Below, piece by piece: positions 12,947 through 48,543 of a stretch of 64,000 nucleotides of DNA. The DNA is taken from the NCBI RefSeq assembly GCF_009914755.1, contig NC_060930.1, one strand, 5' to 3'. Position 1 is the first letter of the stretch, and every line of letters begins with the position of its first letter. This stretch comes from the human T2T-CHM13v2.0 reference genome, Homo sapiens. The translations under genes and the position numbers were made by a program. Below the pieces are notes generated by a model. It saw only the letters and a program-made list of their open reading frames with translations. It was not told the origin of the DNA and did no database searches.

Positions 12947-13244
12947 CTACTCCTTTAGCCATGCCACCTTGGGGCAGAGAAGTTAACTGCTAACTTTGAA
13001 ATCTATACAAAATTGACTCCAATATAAATATGATCTTGAGGAATCATAGGCTCTTACATTTGCAGAGAATCTCAGAGATCGTTTTACCCAACTCTTTCAT
13101 TTTATAGATGGGGAAGCTTAGATCCAGAGAGATTGTTTCTTACCCAAATTAATATGACAAAGTCATTGTAAAGACCTATAACCTAGCCTTATAATCCCCT
13201 GGTCCAGTGTTTTTAGAATTGTACCATGTTACCAGTCTTTTGGA

Positions 13245-14090
13245 TTCATTCATTCACTCAGAGAGTTAATATTTTCTGAGTGCCTAGTCTGTTTAGGTAC
13301 TGCCTTATGTGCCAAAATACAACAGTAAACAAAATTTCTACCCTCATGGAACTTACATTCTACTACAGGGAGAAAGAGTATAAACATAATAAATAAATAG
13401 TGTAATTTTAAAGAAGCATGGGAAAAATGAGTTAAAGGGGATAGGTAGTGCTAGGAGTGGTTGTAATTTTAAGTAGGGTGGTCGAGTTGGGGTAACCCCA
13501 TTTAGAAAGTGACCTTTGAGGAAAGACTTGAAGGAAGGGAGGAGGTGACACATATGGGTATGGGAGGAACGGCATTCCAGAGGGAACAGCAAGTGCAAAG
13601 ACCTTACGAGGAAATCCTGCCTTGCATGCTTGAGGAACAGCAAAGAGGCTAGTATGGCTGGAGTAGTGGAGTAGAATAAGAAGAGAGACCTGAGTGAGCA
13701 CACTCAGCCCCCTCGCCATGTGATGGCCTGTGCTACCTCAGTACTCTGCAGAGTCCCCACATGCAAGAAGGTCTCACCAAATGTCCCCCATGACCTTGGA
13801 ATTCCAATACTCCAGAACTGTAGGAAATAAAATTACCCAGTTTCAGGTATTCTGTTATAAGCTTAGTCCAGAAAACAGACTAAGGCAGAGAAAGAAGAGC
13901 TGTGAGGGTGAGGATCAAGAAGCCAGATTCTCTAGGACCTATACTATAAACACATGGTTTTAATCTGAGATGAGGATGGGGCAGTTATGAGCAAAGGAGT
14001 GATATGGACTGGTTTACATTGTAACAGAACCACTCTGGCTTCTGTGTTGACTCACAGTAGACTGCAGGCCAGGGAAGTGAGTTAGGCTGG
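13245..14090 (-). mobile_element. L2 fragment interrupted by an MST(D)-like LTR piece (about 13680-13890)
   Basis: cattcattcactca start; ggcattccagagggaacagcaagtgcaaagacc; inserted gccatgtgatg...ccagaactgtagg...agactaaggca. Confidence 0.7.
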
Positions 14091-14649
14091 AAAGTATTAC
14101 TGAGATTCACTACCCTTGAAGATATTTCTGTTCAGAGTACACAAAATTAAAATTTTATATGGCTCTTTGTGCTTGTGACTGGTAAAGTCTTTGAGATACC
14201 TGAGTAAATGAAACATTAGCCACATGAACTGTTCGATAATTAAAATTAAGCATGAAATAGGGAATTCTCAACACTGAGCTTCTGAGAGTAGTGTGATTGC
14301 CTAGAAAACTCACAGGCACAGAAAAGTAAAAATAAACATCAAAATAATTTTTAAAGGCTGATAGCATTAGTAAACAGCAACTGCTAATATGCACTACCTG
14401 CAGAAGAAACTAAGAAGAATACAAATAAGATGAATCTCTTAGGGACAATTTCATTAGCAATAAAGATGAACAGAGAATAGCAATGCTTTACAAGATGGTA
14501 TATGAATTTAATTACCAGTAAATAATATTTATATGGAGTTTACACAACATGCTTACACATTATTTCATGTCATCTGAATTATAAGCTTATGTATCTTGCA
14601 AATGACTAAGCCTGGGCTTCTCACTTCTGGTTCCAGATCCTATGATGGC

Positions 14650-15021
14650 TGTAATAGTCAGTTCTCACCCTGCTATGAAGGAATAACTGAGACTGGATAA
14701 TTTATAAAGGAAAGAGTTTTAATTGACTCATAGTTCTGCATGAATGAGAAGGCCTCAGGAAACGTACAATCATGGCAGAAGAGGAAGCAAACACATCCTT
14801 TTTTTCACATGGCTGCAGGAAGAAGAATGAGTGCCCAGCGAAGAAGGAAGACCCTTATAAAACCATCAGATCTCATAAGAACTAACTATCACAAGGACAG
14901 GATGGGAAAAATCGGCCCTGTGATTCAATTATCTCCACCTGGTCCCTCCCAGGACACGTGGGGATTATGGGAACTACAATTCAAGATGACATTTGGGTGG
15001 GGACACAGCCAAACCATATCA
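14650..15021 (-). mobile_element. THE1D-like MaLR solo LTR
   Basis: tgtaatagtcagttctc...gggacacagccaaaccatatca. Confidence 0.88.
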
Positions 15022-17293
15022 GTGACTCACACCATTTGCCTACCTGCAGAGCTTAAAACACTTGGTCTGTAACATCTCTACCTACCGATTAAAAATGAAA
15101 CACTAAAAGAAAGTCAATTTGCCTCATGAGAATTTTCCACAATTTCAGTTAAGGGACTTGCTGTGCTGTGTTAAGCATGTGTTATGGTCAAAATGAAATT
15201 AGAGATCCACTAAAAAATGCTTAATAATGCTTATGTAGGTGTGACAAAGATTTGCGGAAGTGTTTTCTTGATTACAAGAGCCATCTCCAGTATCAAAGTA
15301 ACACTCTTGAGCATTCTGAAGCATGTAGGGTTTATTTACAGTGATACATAAGGTTTGAAAAGGATGCTTTACCAAAAATTTTGTTAATGAAATAGGAATG
15401 AAAATAAAGAGGTACATTTACTGGATTGCAACTGGCAACCAAAAGTAACCTTTTTCTAACGTAAACCTTGTATGTTTGTTGCTTTGCTGCATCTCATTTC
15501 TTTTGGTAGGTTGTTTTTATTATTCTGTTAGGAGAAAAAAACTTAATTTTGCTTGATTTTCTTTCATCTAGGAGTCATTTAAAGATGTAATGCCACCTTC
15601 CTTGCCAAATTTGATTCTGTCTTCCTCACTTATTTTGGTCAACAGAACTTCGTCTTTCCAGTTCTTCCAGCCAAAAATCATCCTTGACTCCCCACTTAGG
15701 ACTTAATGCACTAGCTGTTTCCTCTGGCAGCTCTTTCCTCATAATAAATCAGTATAATTCCTCTGAACTGAGGCGATCCAAAAAAAATGAGCAACTTATA
15801 CTTGCAAAGTTACTTTATGTATTTTATTTGATTGTCATCATAGTTAGGAGACTCCACTTTTTTCATTAAAGTTTAAAAGAACGCCTGAAATCAACCCTTA
15901 ATACCGTAAACACGGAATCAGTATCAAAGTGTTCCTCTGCTATAGGTAAGCAGCACTCCTCAATAAAAGATCAAGGTGCCTTCTGGTGCTTCAGGGGCTT
16001 CATCATTAGGAATCTTTCATTTAAAAAGTGTTCCTCCCACTATACCAGTGAAACCAGCTTTAATACAGAGAAATCAAAACAAAGAAAAATACAGAAAAGT
16101 GGGCAACAGCTTTTGAGTATTTTCTTAAAATTTTCCATTTTTCGACTTAGCGCAATAATATAATAAAGGAACATGGGATCCTTTATTATTGTTACCATAG
16201 TTTTTAATATCATTTTCATAAAGCTAACCATGTTTATTTAGCCATTTTCTTAGCTTTTGCCATCATGGTTCTTTGAAAATTTTCTTTGTAATTGCTGCAA
16301 TGATTTTGGAGATCACAGATGCATGCTACTTGCTCAAGTTTATTCTTGGAAGTCGTATTACCAAATTAAAGGTTCTCAACATTTCTCGGGGTACTGCAAT
16401 TTTTACATTGCATATGATAATTGTTATTACTGAGATCTACATTCCTTTCATCAATTCACAAATACACAATCACAGACATCTTGAGATCTATCATACGTCC
16501 AGCTGCGTTCATTTCACAAAATCAGAAGTTAAGCCTAAAGATCTGAACCGAGAAGCCGGACCTCCGGTCTATTTCTCCCTCCTGGATCCACCCCGACTTA
16601 TTAAGCAGTTAGACCGACCCTTCCATACTCATTCAAGGCAGTGCAGAGCTTTTGCTCCCCTGCCCAGTGGAATCTACACTGGTCCCAGCCTCTCGTCCAA
16701 CTCCCGTAGGACGCCAAGCAATACGGAGTTCGAGAAGCTCAGAAATCTCCTGAGCCCCACCAGTCCACACTAGGTTGCAAGCCCGCAGCACCTACGCCAC
16801 GGCGTCAAACCGGAAACCAGAAAAGGTGAAGGCATCGGACGCCCCTCGCCCCAGCCCGGCCACCAGCGACACTATCCTTCACTGACGCGCGATGCCGGCC
16901 TTTCAGCCCAGACTCATCGAGCGAGGATGCAGCGCTGAGAGGCTTCTAAGGCTCAGGCCCTGCAAAGCCCAGGAGCCGGCTGTAGGTGTCCTTGGCGAAT
17001 GCCAGACCGCGCGCACCGTCCCAGCAAGTCCCGAGCGAGTGTGGGACAGGCAGCAAATCAGTGCCCCCTGGCCAGGCAGAACGAGTCGAACGTGGAAGTA
17101 GGGAGCAGGCGGAGGCCGGCGCGGAGCTGCAGTTAAGCAAGCCGGGTCTGGCTTTGGGCCCTGGGCCTTCCAGCCGGGGACTCTGCGCCTGCGCCCGCCT
17201 GGCCGCCGCCCGCTCTCCCGGCGCGGCAGCTGTCTGGGCTGCTGCGCGCCGCCTAGGTGTCTGGGCGATCTATGGGCAAGAGCAAGGGCCACG

Positions 17294-38807
<21,514 letters not shown>

Positions 38808-38949
38808 TGGACTGTCCCCATCTGCAGAGAGGCTTGACTGCCACAGCATCTGTGGCTATGCTCAGAGGGTTATGATTTTCCTTTCTTTTTTTCTAAGAAA
38901 AAATTATTTTCAGGAGAATATTCTTCTGATAGCTTTCATCATTGAACTT

Positions 38950-38955
38950 AATAAA
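38950..38955 (+). terminator. Proximal poly(A) signal of RWDD1
   Basis: AATAAA about 140 nt after the stop; possible distal AATAAA at 43358. Confidence 0.7.
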
Positions 38956-39304
38956 CTGACCTTAAAATTTCAAATATAAAATGTTCAAGGCTTCTTACTG
39001 TTGAGCACAAGGTTACGTATTTAAAATCACCTAGTATTTGAGAGAGATCCTGCCTATAGCACCAAGACTCGAAGGTAGGCTGCTGCTGTGCACATGAGTT
39101 TATACACAGGAAATTGGAATAACTTGGAATTTCTATGCTGGAGACTTTGGCTACTTCTGGATTTCAAGCATTGTATGAAGTGTGAGAAAACTGAGGTGAC
39201 TAGCACATTAAACCATCCAGATTCTAGCCTCCAGGCACACTAAATTTAAGTCTTGATAAAACCAGGAGGCCATATTATGATCATAAGTAAGATGAAGTTT
39301 AGCC

Positions 39305-40017
<713 letters not shown>

Positions 40018-40069
40018 GTCTTAAAGTATTTAAATTAGAATTTAAATTAAAATTTAAATTACAGTATTT

Positions 40070-40230
40070 AAATTAGAATCATTTGTGGAGTTTCTAAAAG
40101 GTATGCATTCCTAGGCCCCTCTCAAGTTAGATTTATGAACACTGATCCCCAGTCTGAATTTTAAAACAGCAAAATCTCATACTGGTTCTACAGATTATTC
40201 TGATGCACAATCTGGGTTAAGAACCACTGT
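40070..40230. mobile_element. MER5-like hAT fragment
   Basis: ttagaatca...gattattctgatgcac...ttaagaaccactg terminus. Confidence 0.55.
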
Positions 40231-43200
40231 CCTGTAGTCGTGAAGTCTATATATTTTGGTATTTTCTTTACCTCTTCTCTAATTAACCAGTCTGAAGGAG
40301 TTTGAATTTTGGGGATCGTACATTGTCTGCAAGAGAAACACATTAACATCCGTGCACATAGAGTCCTTTGTAATAATTTGGGATGATTGACTTGGTGGCT
40401 CCAGGTAGGAGAGCCAGTCTTCATGCAAGTTATTCAGTCACTACAGTTTTGGAGGACTGACTCTTAACCCCAATAGGAAATCAGTTGTGCTATTTTAAAT
40501 TCATAAAGCTATTATAAAGAGCTGCCTCCAGTAAAAAATACATATGCCACATACCCACAAACAGCAATATTAAGCCTTCATTTATTGTTGGAGTTAGACC
40601 TTATAATCAAAAAGCAAATTATTTAAGATAAAATTACCATTGAGGAGTTTAATACTTTTCAAGGAATCTTCACGTCAGCCTTGATCCCAGACCAATAGAA
40701 TGGAATAACAACAGGAATGTTCAGCATTTCTTTGCAGAGAGAAATCCAAAAGTTTGTCCTATGTGAGATTTTGCTTTTCCCATCTTTTTGAAGCTGATCA
40801 GCAGATACATAAGAACCTGGAAGAAGCTGCTCAATTAAGGTTAAAAAAAATAAAAAGCAATTGTTAGCAATGTGGTGCTGAAATCAAGACTTAACTTTGA
40901 AGTGTCAAGAATGATAACCTCCCATCCACTTCATGTGATTTTTAAGAATAAATTTTATATATTTCTCCAGGTATTAAAGTGGATGTCCACCTTTGCCATT
41001 TCAGAACCTAAAGGCAGAATCTAATGGTAAAATGAAGACAACCTAGTTGTCTTCTAATAACCTAGTTAGTTCTAATAACATTCTCAAATATTTTCATCTA
41101 GAGTAAATATTTACTGTTGGCTTTGTATTCTGGGAATTAGCCCAAGACTATGCTGCTCAAATGGGTGCAAATATACTCTCAGGTTGCAATAGCATGACGA
41201 GTGGTATTTGAAGCAATAATTGTTCCATCTTGGATTATCGGTTTTGCTCTTTGATTTGGTAAAGTTTTTGTTTTTCTACTCGTGCCAGTTGTATTAAAAT
41301 GTCACTAGGTTAAAAACAAACACAGATATGTTTATTCATTACTGTATCCCTGTAATAATGCCTGGCATGCAGTAGGTCCCTAATATTTGTTGAATGAATG
41401 AATTATAGAATAGAGTGCAAAATTAATTCTAATGTATTTTAAAGTAAAGCATGAGAGTTCAAAGAAATGTTGTATTTGCCATCTACAACTTGGAATAATG
41501 TTCCTTGATCCTGCTTTACTTCATGCACTTTTGCCAGCAGAGGTGGATGCCTTAGGGAAAAAGTTGGATAAATGCTGATCTAAGGCAACACGTCTAAATG
41601 GTTATGTGAACATTTCCCAGTTGGGGTAAAACTAAGAGGAGTGATAATAACATCTCATCAATTTAAAGGACAAGTTCACTGATCGTACTGTCATACTCCA
41701 GAGATACATGTGCCAAGAAGCAAAGAGATGCACTCTTGTATTCCAGAAAGAAGATGATTTGTAAGTGTTCAGTATTTGTGTGGCAGCCCTTTTAGGTGTA
41801 ATGAAGTGTAACAGAAAAGTAAGTGAACTACTTCACATAGCTCTTAATGTTTGTCTTTCAGAGGACATACGAGTCAGGCAGCAAAAGTTGGAGCCATTGT
41901 ATGATTGTGTGTCAAAATGAGAGTCACACACTTCAAGAACTGTAGGAACTAATTTTAGAAAAAGACTCTTCAGAACAGATGACACATGAAATGTGAGTTT
42001 ATGTAAACATGTAAATTTGAGTAGCATTAGTTTGTTTTCTGTTTAGGAACTGTATCAGGGTGACAAAGATGAAAGAATGCTGCCAGAAAAGTATATTGTT
42101 AAATTTTCAGGCCTCCATTGGTGAAGTTTCAAGTAACCTTTCACTTAAGTTACTTGTGTCAGAGGATGGATGATGGGGTCATTTAAATTGTTGGACAAAG
42201 CCATGAAAGGACTTTTAAAATTTTGTCATAAAAATAGCCAATGATGTTTTTAATTTTACATCTAAAACTAATTTGCATTATCCTGTGTTAGTGACTGAAT
42301 CTCAACTCAGTCCTCATTTTTTAGTTCAACTTTTGACAACCTTATATTCATTGACACCATGGACAGCACAGTAAAAAAATACACAAATTTCTTTTGCAGT
42401 TATTGATTTGGAATGATCACTTTAAAAGAGCCATCAAATACGCCTACATATTGAGCCACTCTTTATCATTAAGGTGAAAAGTTCATTCAATTAAGGTATT
42501 TGAGTGCTACTATGCGCCAGCCTTTCTTTGTGATAATGTTAATTTTTTTTTTCCTCCCCTCCATGAAGGGAAGAAAAAAAAATTAATTCGGCCATGAATT
42601 TTAATATTCTGGCCAGCACCTTATCCATTTGTAGCCACGCCAACAAATTTATTCTGTGATATACCAAACTTACAAAGTCACTCTGCGATTTCAGTAAGGC
42701 CCATTCCCAACATGAGTGCTGCTGTCCACGGTACTGAACCATCAATGCTAAATGGTATTTAGTTGTGGATCTTCATCCTGTCATGCAGCTAAATATTCCA
42801 GGAATACTGAACCAAGTGAGGAGAAAGATAGCAGTGGGTTGCTGCAAAGGAGGTGAGGGCAGGGGAGAGATAGCAAGTGAGAAAAAGAGAGACTAGTGGT
42901 GATGTTTTTAAGTAATTGAAGTAAAAAAGAGAGAGAAAGAGAGAGAGAAGAGGTTCTACTCAGTCCACCAAAGCTTTTTAATTTCCTTACATAATTAACA
43001 TGATGAATTTTTAAATAATTGTTATATTTAGTTTTGTTCTTCCACCTTTTGGCTATTTCTACTACATATTTACTTATCATAAAAAATACTTCCTAGACCT
43101 TCCTCTTATAGCTATTGCCTATCTCTGCCTTTGCAGCTGTTCTCCTTTAAAGAATAGTCTCCATTAGTTTTCTTGACTTCTTCATCTCCCTGCATAAAGA

Positions 43201-44419
43201 TGAAGGGTATTTAGCTCTGAAAATCCTTTACTGTTGAATATTTAGATTGTTTTCAATTTTTACATAATGAACAATGCATCATGGGATTATTGGCTGCAAA
43301 TAAATTGGAAACATAAAAGGTGTTTTAAGTTTAAATTTTTTTAAAAAAACAGGTAAAAATAAAATATTTGCCAAAGACTAAGGGTTGCAAAGCTACCTCA
43401 TGATACACTCTTATACCAATACTAAAATAAAACTTCACAACAACAAAATTAGTGATTGGGAAATTACAGTTTTGATGAACTTGGCATTTCAATCAAAGTC
43501 ATATTTGCCACCGTTCTCTCAGTAGCTTTAGGCCAATTTCCAAATTGCTTTCGACAAATTAGTTTTATTTGTTTATATTATATTATATATATATAATATA
43601 CATATATTTAAATTATATTTATAATTCTTTCAGTCAGATTTCCTGGAGAACAATAGTTGTTAGGTGCCTACCAGAAAATAGGACTAGAAAGTCATGTTGG
43701 AGCCATATTGTGGAAGTCCAAGGAAGTCGGATGGGAGCAAAGGTCATGTCAATTATATATCAAGCTTATATTCTATGGAAACTAACCCCTTCCTAGCACA
43801 TATATTGTTGAAAAATTATTCACCTGCTATTTTATCAATGTCATTTATAAATTAAAATTTTTCTTATTATAACTATACCTTAAAAACACCAATAAAATTG
43901 CCAGATCACTGATATTCCTGCTTTTATTATTATAAGATAATATATCAGTTCTTCAAATACACCTTTGAGTAGAAGGATGGAACTGAAAATTGATTTGGGT
44001 TTATTTAAAAGAGAAACCTTTCAACAATCCTAAATCTCAGATTTTTAATAGCATTTTTGTTGTTTGAGTATGGCCAGTTTCCTATTTATTTCCTATTTCT
44101 TATTGTTTGACAGTGCCCATTTATGTAGGAAAATCAAAATGGAAAAGTACATTAGAAAACGTATAAATCCTTCAACTTAAAGATGTATGATATTGGTATC
44201 TGGTTGCATAAGTTTCTAGTCAGAGGCTTTTCTAGTCATTTCTGTTCAAAAGTGGGATCCACCAGAATGTACACGTGATGATGGACCTTGTCTGTCTGTT
44301 CCCCAGTTTATTGTTACTATGAGAATAATGCCTAGCAGAGAGCAGGCAGTCTGTAAATACTTGTTGAGTGTATACATGAATAAGTCCTTTTGTACTACTG
44401 TTTTGTAACGTACTGTAAC

Positions 44420-44738
44420 TTTTATTTTATTTTTTTGAGATAGGGTCTCATTTTGTCACCCAGGCTGGAATGCAGTAGCGTGATCTCAGCTCACTGCAGC
44501 CTTGACCTCCTGTGCTCAAGCCATCCTCCCACCTTAGCCCCCAAATTAGCTGGGACTACAGGCATGCGCCACCACACCTGGCTAATTATTATTATTATTA
44601 TTCTTGTTTGTATTTTTTGTAGAGGTGAGGTTTCGCCATATTGCTCAGGGTGGTCTTGAACTCCTGAGCTCAAGCAATCCACATGCCTCAGCCTCCCAAA
44701 GTGCTAGGGATTACAGGCATAAGCCACCACACCTGGCC
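44420..44738 (-). mobile_element. AluJ-like with (ATT)n linker
   Basis: Antisense Alu; TSD-like ctgtaa(c/t)ttt. Confidence 0.92.
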
Positions 44739-46312
44739 GCTGTAATTTTTAAAATAGACAATTTGTCAGATATATAGGTTGGGATAAACGAAAATGTGAC
44801 AAAAGGAGCGTCCCTCTGCCAATTTAGAAATATAAATATGCATAAAAATACTTAAAGATACACGAAGCTTTGGGAAATTGCCATACACACACTCTATCCC
44901 CAGTATACCAGTATTTTACAGATTTTAAAACCAGTAACAAATATTTATTTACAATACCATTCTGCCTAAAATTTACCTATTAGCCAGATTGCTTTATGCA
45001 TTTGGTCAAATTGCATTTAGTCAAATTGTTTTCAGCCAAACCTTATGCGCACATGCTAGCCAGTGGGATGATAAGAGACAAGAGATGTAGTCTGTCTTCT
45101 TGAGGTATTCTCATATTTCCGGGCACATAAATACAGTATTGAATGAAAACTTACAGGATGCTCCAGGGTCACAAAGGAGGGACATCTAAGTTAACCTGGG
45201 ATTGGGATGGCCCAATGAGTCTTCTCAAAAGAAGTGCTTGAAATGACCAGTTGGAGGGCAGGAGCTGTGTTTTATTTGACTTTATATTTACTGCTTTGTA
45301 GATAATCTATACTAAATAATTATTGGATGAAATAATCATTGAAATCTGAAATAATTATTCATGTAGTAATTTATTGGATGAATAAATGAAATCAAGTTGA
45401 AGATGCATGGGAACATATTTAAACTGTTGTATCTTGGGATTTAAGCTGGATGAAAAAATAAGTCAAAGGAAGCATTTATGTGGGGAGAAATGGAAGCTAC
45501 ATATCTCTTTAAAATCAAAGATTATTCCTAATGGAAAATAAGGAAAAGAGAAAATTTGAATTCTGGGAGACTTAGGTTTCTGAGAAGTTCTTTCAGATAA
45601 TGACAATTCAAGAGTGGTTCTTTGAGGTAGGAGATGGCTGAAGTGGGGCAAAAATAATAGTTATTTAATGATATTAATAAGTTATGAGGTTAGAATGTTG
45701 AGGACAGGTTATATAGAGGACATTGAAACTGCCAAAGATATGGTAACTCAGATATGTTAGTTGGTCTTAACTCAAAAGGTAAAAAGACAGTCATAATCTT
45801 ATATTCCTGTAATTTGCACCAGATTTAAAATATAGAATACTGAGCTCAAAGACTCAGAAATGGTTTATTTTGATTAGATGCTTCCCAAATGGCATTAATA
45901 TTTAAAGAGAAAAAAACAAAAAGAAAAGAAAAATAAAATCCCAACAAAACTTAGGTTTTTCAAGACACAAGACTATTGTGGCTAAAACTGTACAAAAAAG
46001 ATAAAAAAAAATTTTCTACACTTTTATTGGAAAGATGAATTGCATGTGCAGGTGGCAAGATGAATTGTGTGTGCAGGTGACCTAGCCCAGGTAGTGGTCT
46101 TAGTGTGAATGCTTATGCTAAATATGTCCCTAGAAATAAAAACATCTAGACTTCTTAAATATACTGGATTAAAATGATCCTGAATTAATTCATCTAAACA
46201 TTAAGATAACTGGCTTTTCTACTTCAAACACAATTTTGCATAGAAGATCTTTCAATACTGAAGCAAAGAAGTGGCCTTGGGACTCTCTAAGGGTAGAAAT
46301 CTGGGATAAAAA

Positions 46313-46317
46313 TGTGT

Positions 46318-46357
<40 letters not shown>
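46313..46357. repeat. (TG)n microsatellite
   Basis: About 22 TG units with one interruption. Confidence 0.95.
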
Positions 46358-46359
<2 letters not shown>

Positions 46360-46539
46360 TCAGAATGTGGAGTTCAAGCCACTGCATCTGCAGTGCGGAA
46401 GAAAGGAAGTGAGTTGGGTTGGGAATGCACCTAATCCACTCCAGTATTAAAAGGTGGAAAAATGCCAGTGAAAATTCAAGGTTCAAGATTATTGCAAAGG
46501 TGGGTAGGGTTATTAAATCACATATTTAAATAACAGTGC

Positions 46540-46750
46540 AGTGCAGAGCCATATTGGAGCCTGAAGCAAAGGAAAAATTTGTGTTATTTAACATTTTGAT
46601 GTTCATTTTGTACATCACAGATTTTACATTAATTTTGATTTTTATAAATATTGTGTTAAAATATTATTTCTTTTGATTAGTGAGTTTTAGTGCCTCCTTA
46701 AAGTTTGCACCTGAGACCAATGCCTCACTCATCTCACCATAGTCCTCAGC
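46540..46750 (-). mobile_element. MER91A-like hAT-Tip100 element
   Basis: gattagtgagttttagtgcctccttaaagtttgcacctgagaccaatgcctcactc resembles reverse MER91 5' end. Confidence 0.6.
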
Positions 46751-48039
46751 AGATCAAGAAGGCTTTCAGGTTCCCTGACCTCCATCTCCAAGACCATTAG
46801 GCAGAAAGGCCTGTAAATTGAACCACATGGGGTTTCAGGCAAGGGAGGCTTCATTGCTGAAATGATAGTGCTCAATGGATGAATAAAATGAAGCCATGTT
46901 ATTGCTGGCCCCAAACATGGTTAAATGAACTATCTGTATGATAAAAGGACCTGGAAATCACTGGAATGTGGGCTGTTGCTACATGCCCAAGACATTGAAA
47001 AATAGGTTATTGATTTTGGTCACATCCAGTCAAAACATATCTAAATGTGGTAGAATCATGAAATTAAATTGAATTATACTCCATATATGGTGGTTTTGTT
47101 TATATGATGGAACTTAGGCTGTTTTGAAAATACAGATCTAGAACATGTTTCACCTATACTTTTGGGATAAAGTTTTTTGGAAACCTTCTTGATCACTCTT
47201 GATATTATTTGGGATACATTTTCTGATGTTTAAATTTTGTTTTTAAGATGTCAGATGGATTAATCTCTAAAGTTCCTTGTAAGAAGCTAGGATCTGTTAC
47301 TAAAGTTGTTTACAAGATAATTATTTTCCTTTTAAAAGGTAAAGCCATGAAAATAATGTCAAAGGAGAGAGTTAGGCAGATCTTCAAAGGTATGCATTTA
47401 ATGTGTTGTTCCTTTCCTTGCTACTATCAGCTAATTTTATGGGATTCTATTTGAGATAGGAAGTATCTCTGTGCATGTGTACTTTTTATATAGGAGGGTT
47501 GGGGTTTTCTCTTTCTGACATTGACACTCAACTGATAATGAACCTCCACACTTTGAGCCAGCCCCAGGGAGCTTGAGCACAAGAGAAAAAAAGATAGTGA
47601 AGATTTAATATTTAAATCTTAATATTTTAGTTCATCACTGAAATTTGACACATTGCTTAGTATGAAGATATATAATACGTTGATCGGACTTGTGAAAAAA
47701 TGGTGAGAATTGGAATAATAGGCTCTTTAACTGTGGAAGCTTGAAAAAAATTCTTGAACCCCTGATTCTCAATTTCCTCATCTGTAAAATTAGGATAATA
47801 ATACTTCCTTAACATAAATAACTTAGAAAAATTGATCAACATGTTCCAAATTGGTCACTTACCAGGGAAGGAAGTTTTTCAAGAGATTTTGTCTATAAAT
47901 CCCTTATCTTTCACATTTCACCTATTCCACTTACCCTACACAATTAACTTACAGTGAAGAAGTATAATCCTTCTTTTTGCCATTATTTAAAAATATATAT
48001 ATATATAAATTCAAGAAAAGAAATAAAAGAATATTTTGA

Positions 48040-48320
48040 TATGCAGACTGTACCTCCCTCAGCTACAACTGCATAAATGCTGTCATGCATTCACATCTGT
48101 GGCAACAAAACGTTCTCAATTTAGAACAATTCTGAAGGGCATCCCAGCTCCTTAGCTCCCTATTCAAATTTACCTGTTGTCTCTGTTGCAACTACATTGT
48201 AGTTCAACTTTTCACTCTGCCCAATCATGCTTCTTTGATTTCCTCACAGACTGTTCCTAAGAGTACTTGATCTTCATGTAAATCTTAGACTACTTCCTGG
48301 GGGAGCCAAAACTAAAACAT
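48040..48320 (+). mobile_element. LTR16-like ERVL fragment
   Basis: aattctgaagggcatcccagctcc...ttcctgggggagccaaaactaaaaca. Confidence 0.55.
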
Positions 48321-48543
48321 CTTATAAAATTATTTAAATCACCAAGGTGACTCAGTGGCAGCAGAGCAGTAGGTCAGAACTAGCTAAGGGCACAGTTTGG
48401 AAGGATGAGTCTTGAGCTAGTGCCTTTGGCTAGTGCCCATAGACCCCAACTCTTGCTAGAGAAAGTGATTCTAGGTGGGCCTTGGAAATGTGTGGGAGCA
48501 CATACCTATACAGCAGCACCTCACTCTACCAGCACCAATTTAC

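Larger units (their letters stand above)
40738..47389 (+). pseudogene. Possible decayed multi-exon gene (unassigned)
   Basis: Series of AG/GT-bounded, GC-richer unique segments with partly compatible phases; no homologue recognised (see findings). Confidence 0.3.

Noticed and set aside
40740-40751. RNPK tetrapeptide resembling the sulfotransferase 3'-PB motif (YRNPKD)
   Set aside because: Flanking residues do not match SULT3A and no other SULT motifs follow
46915-47052. acatatctaaatgtg|gtag resembling the SULT exon end TYPKSG
   Set aside because: Needs a frameshift, and upstream codons do not align to FEIRDDDxFxxTYPK; likely chance
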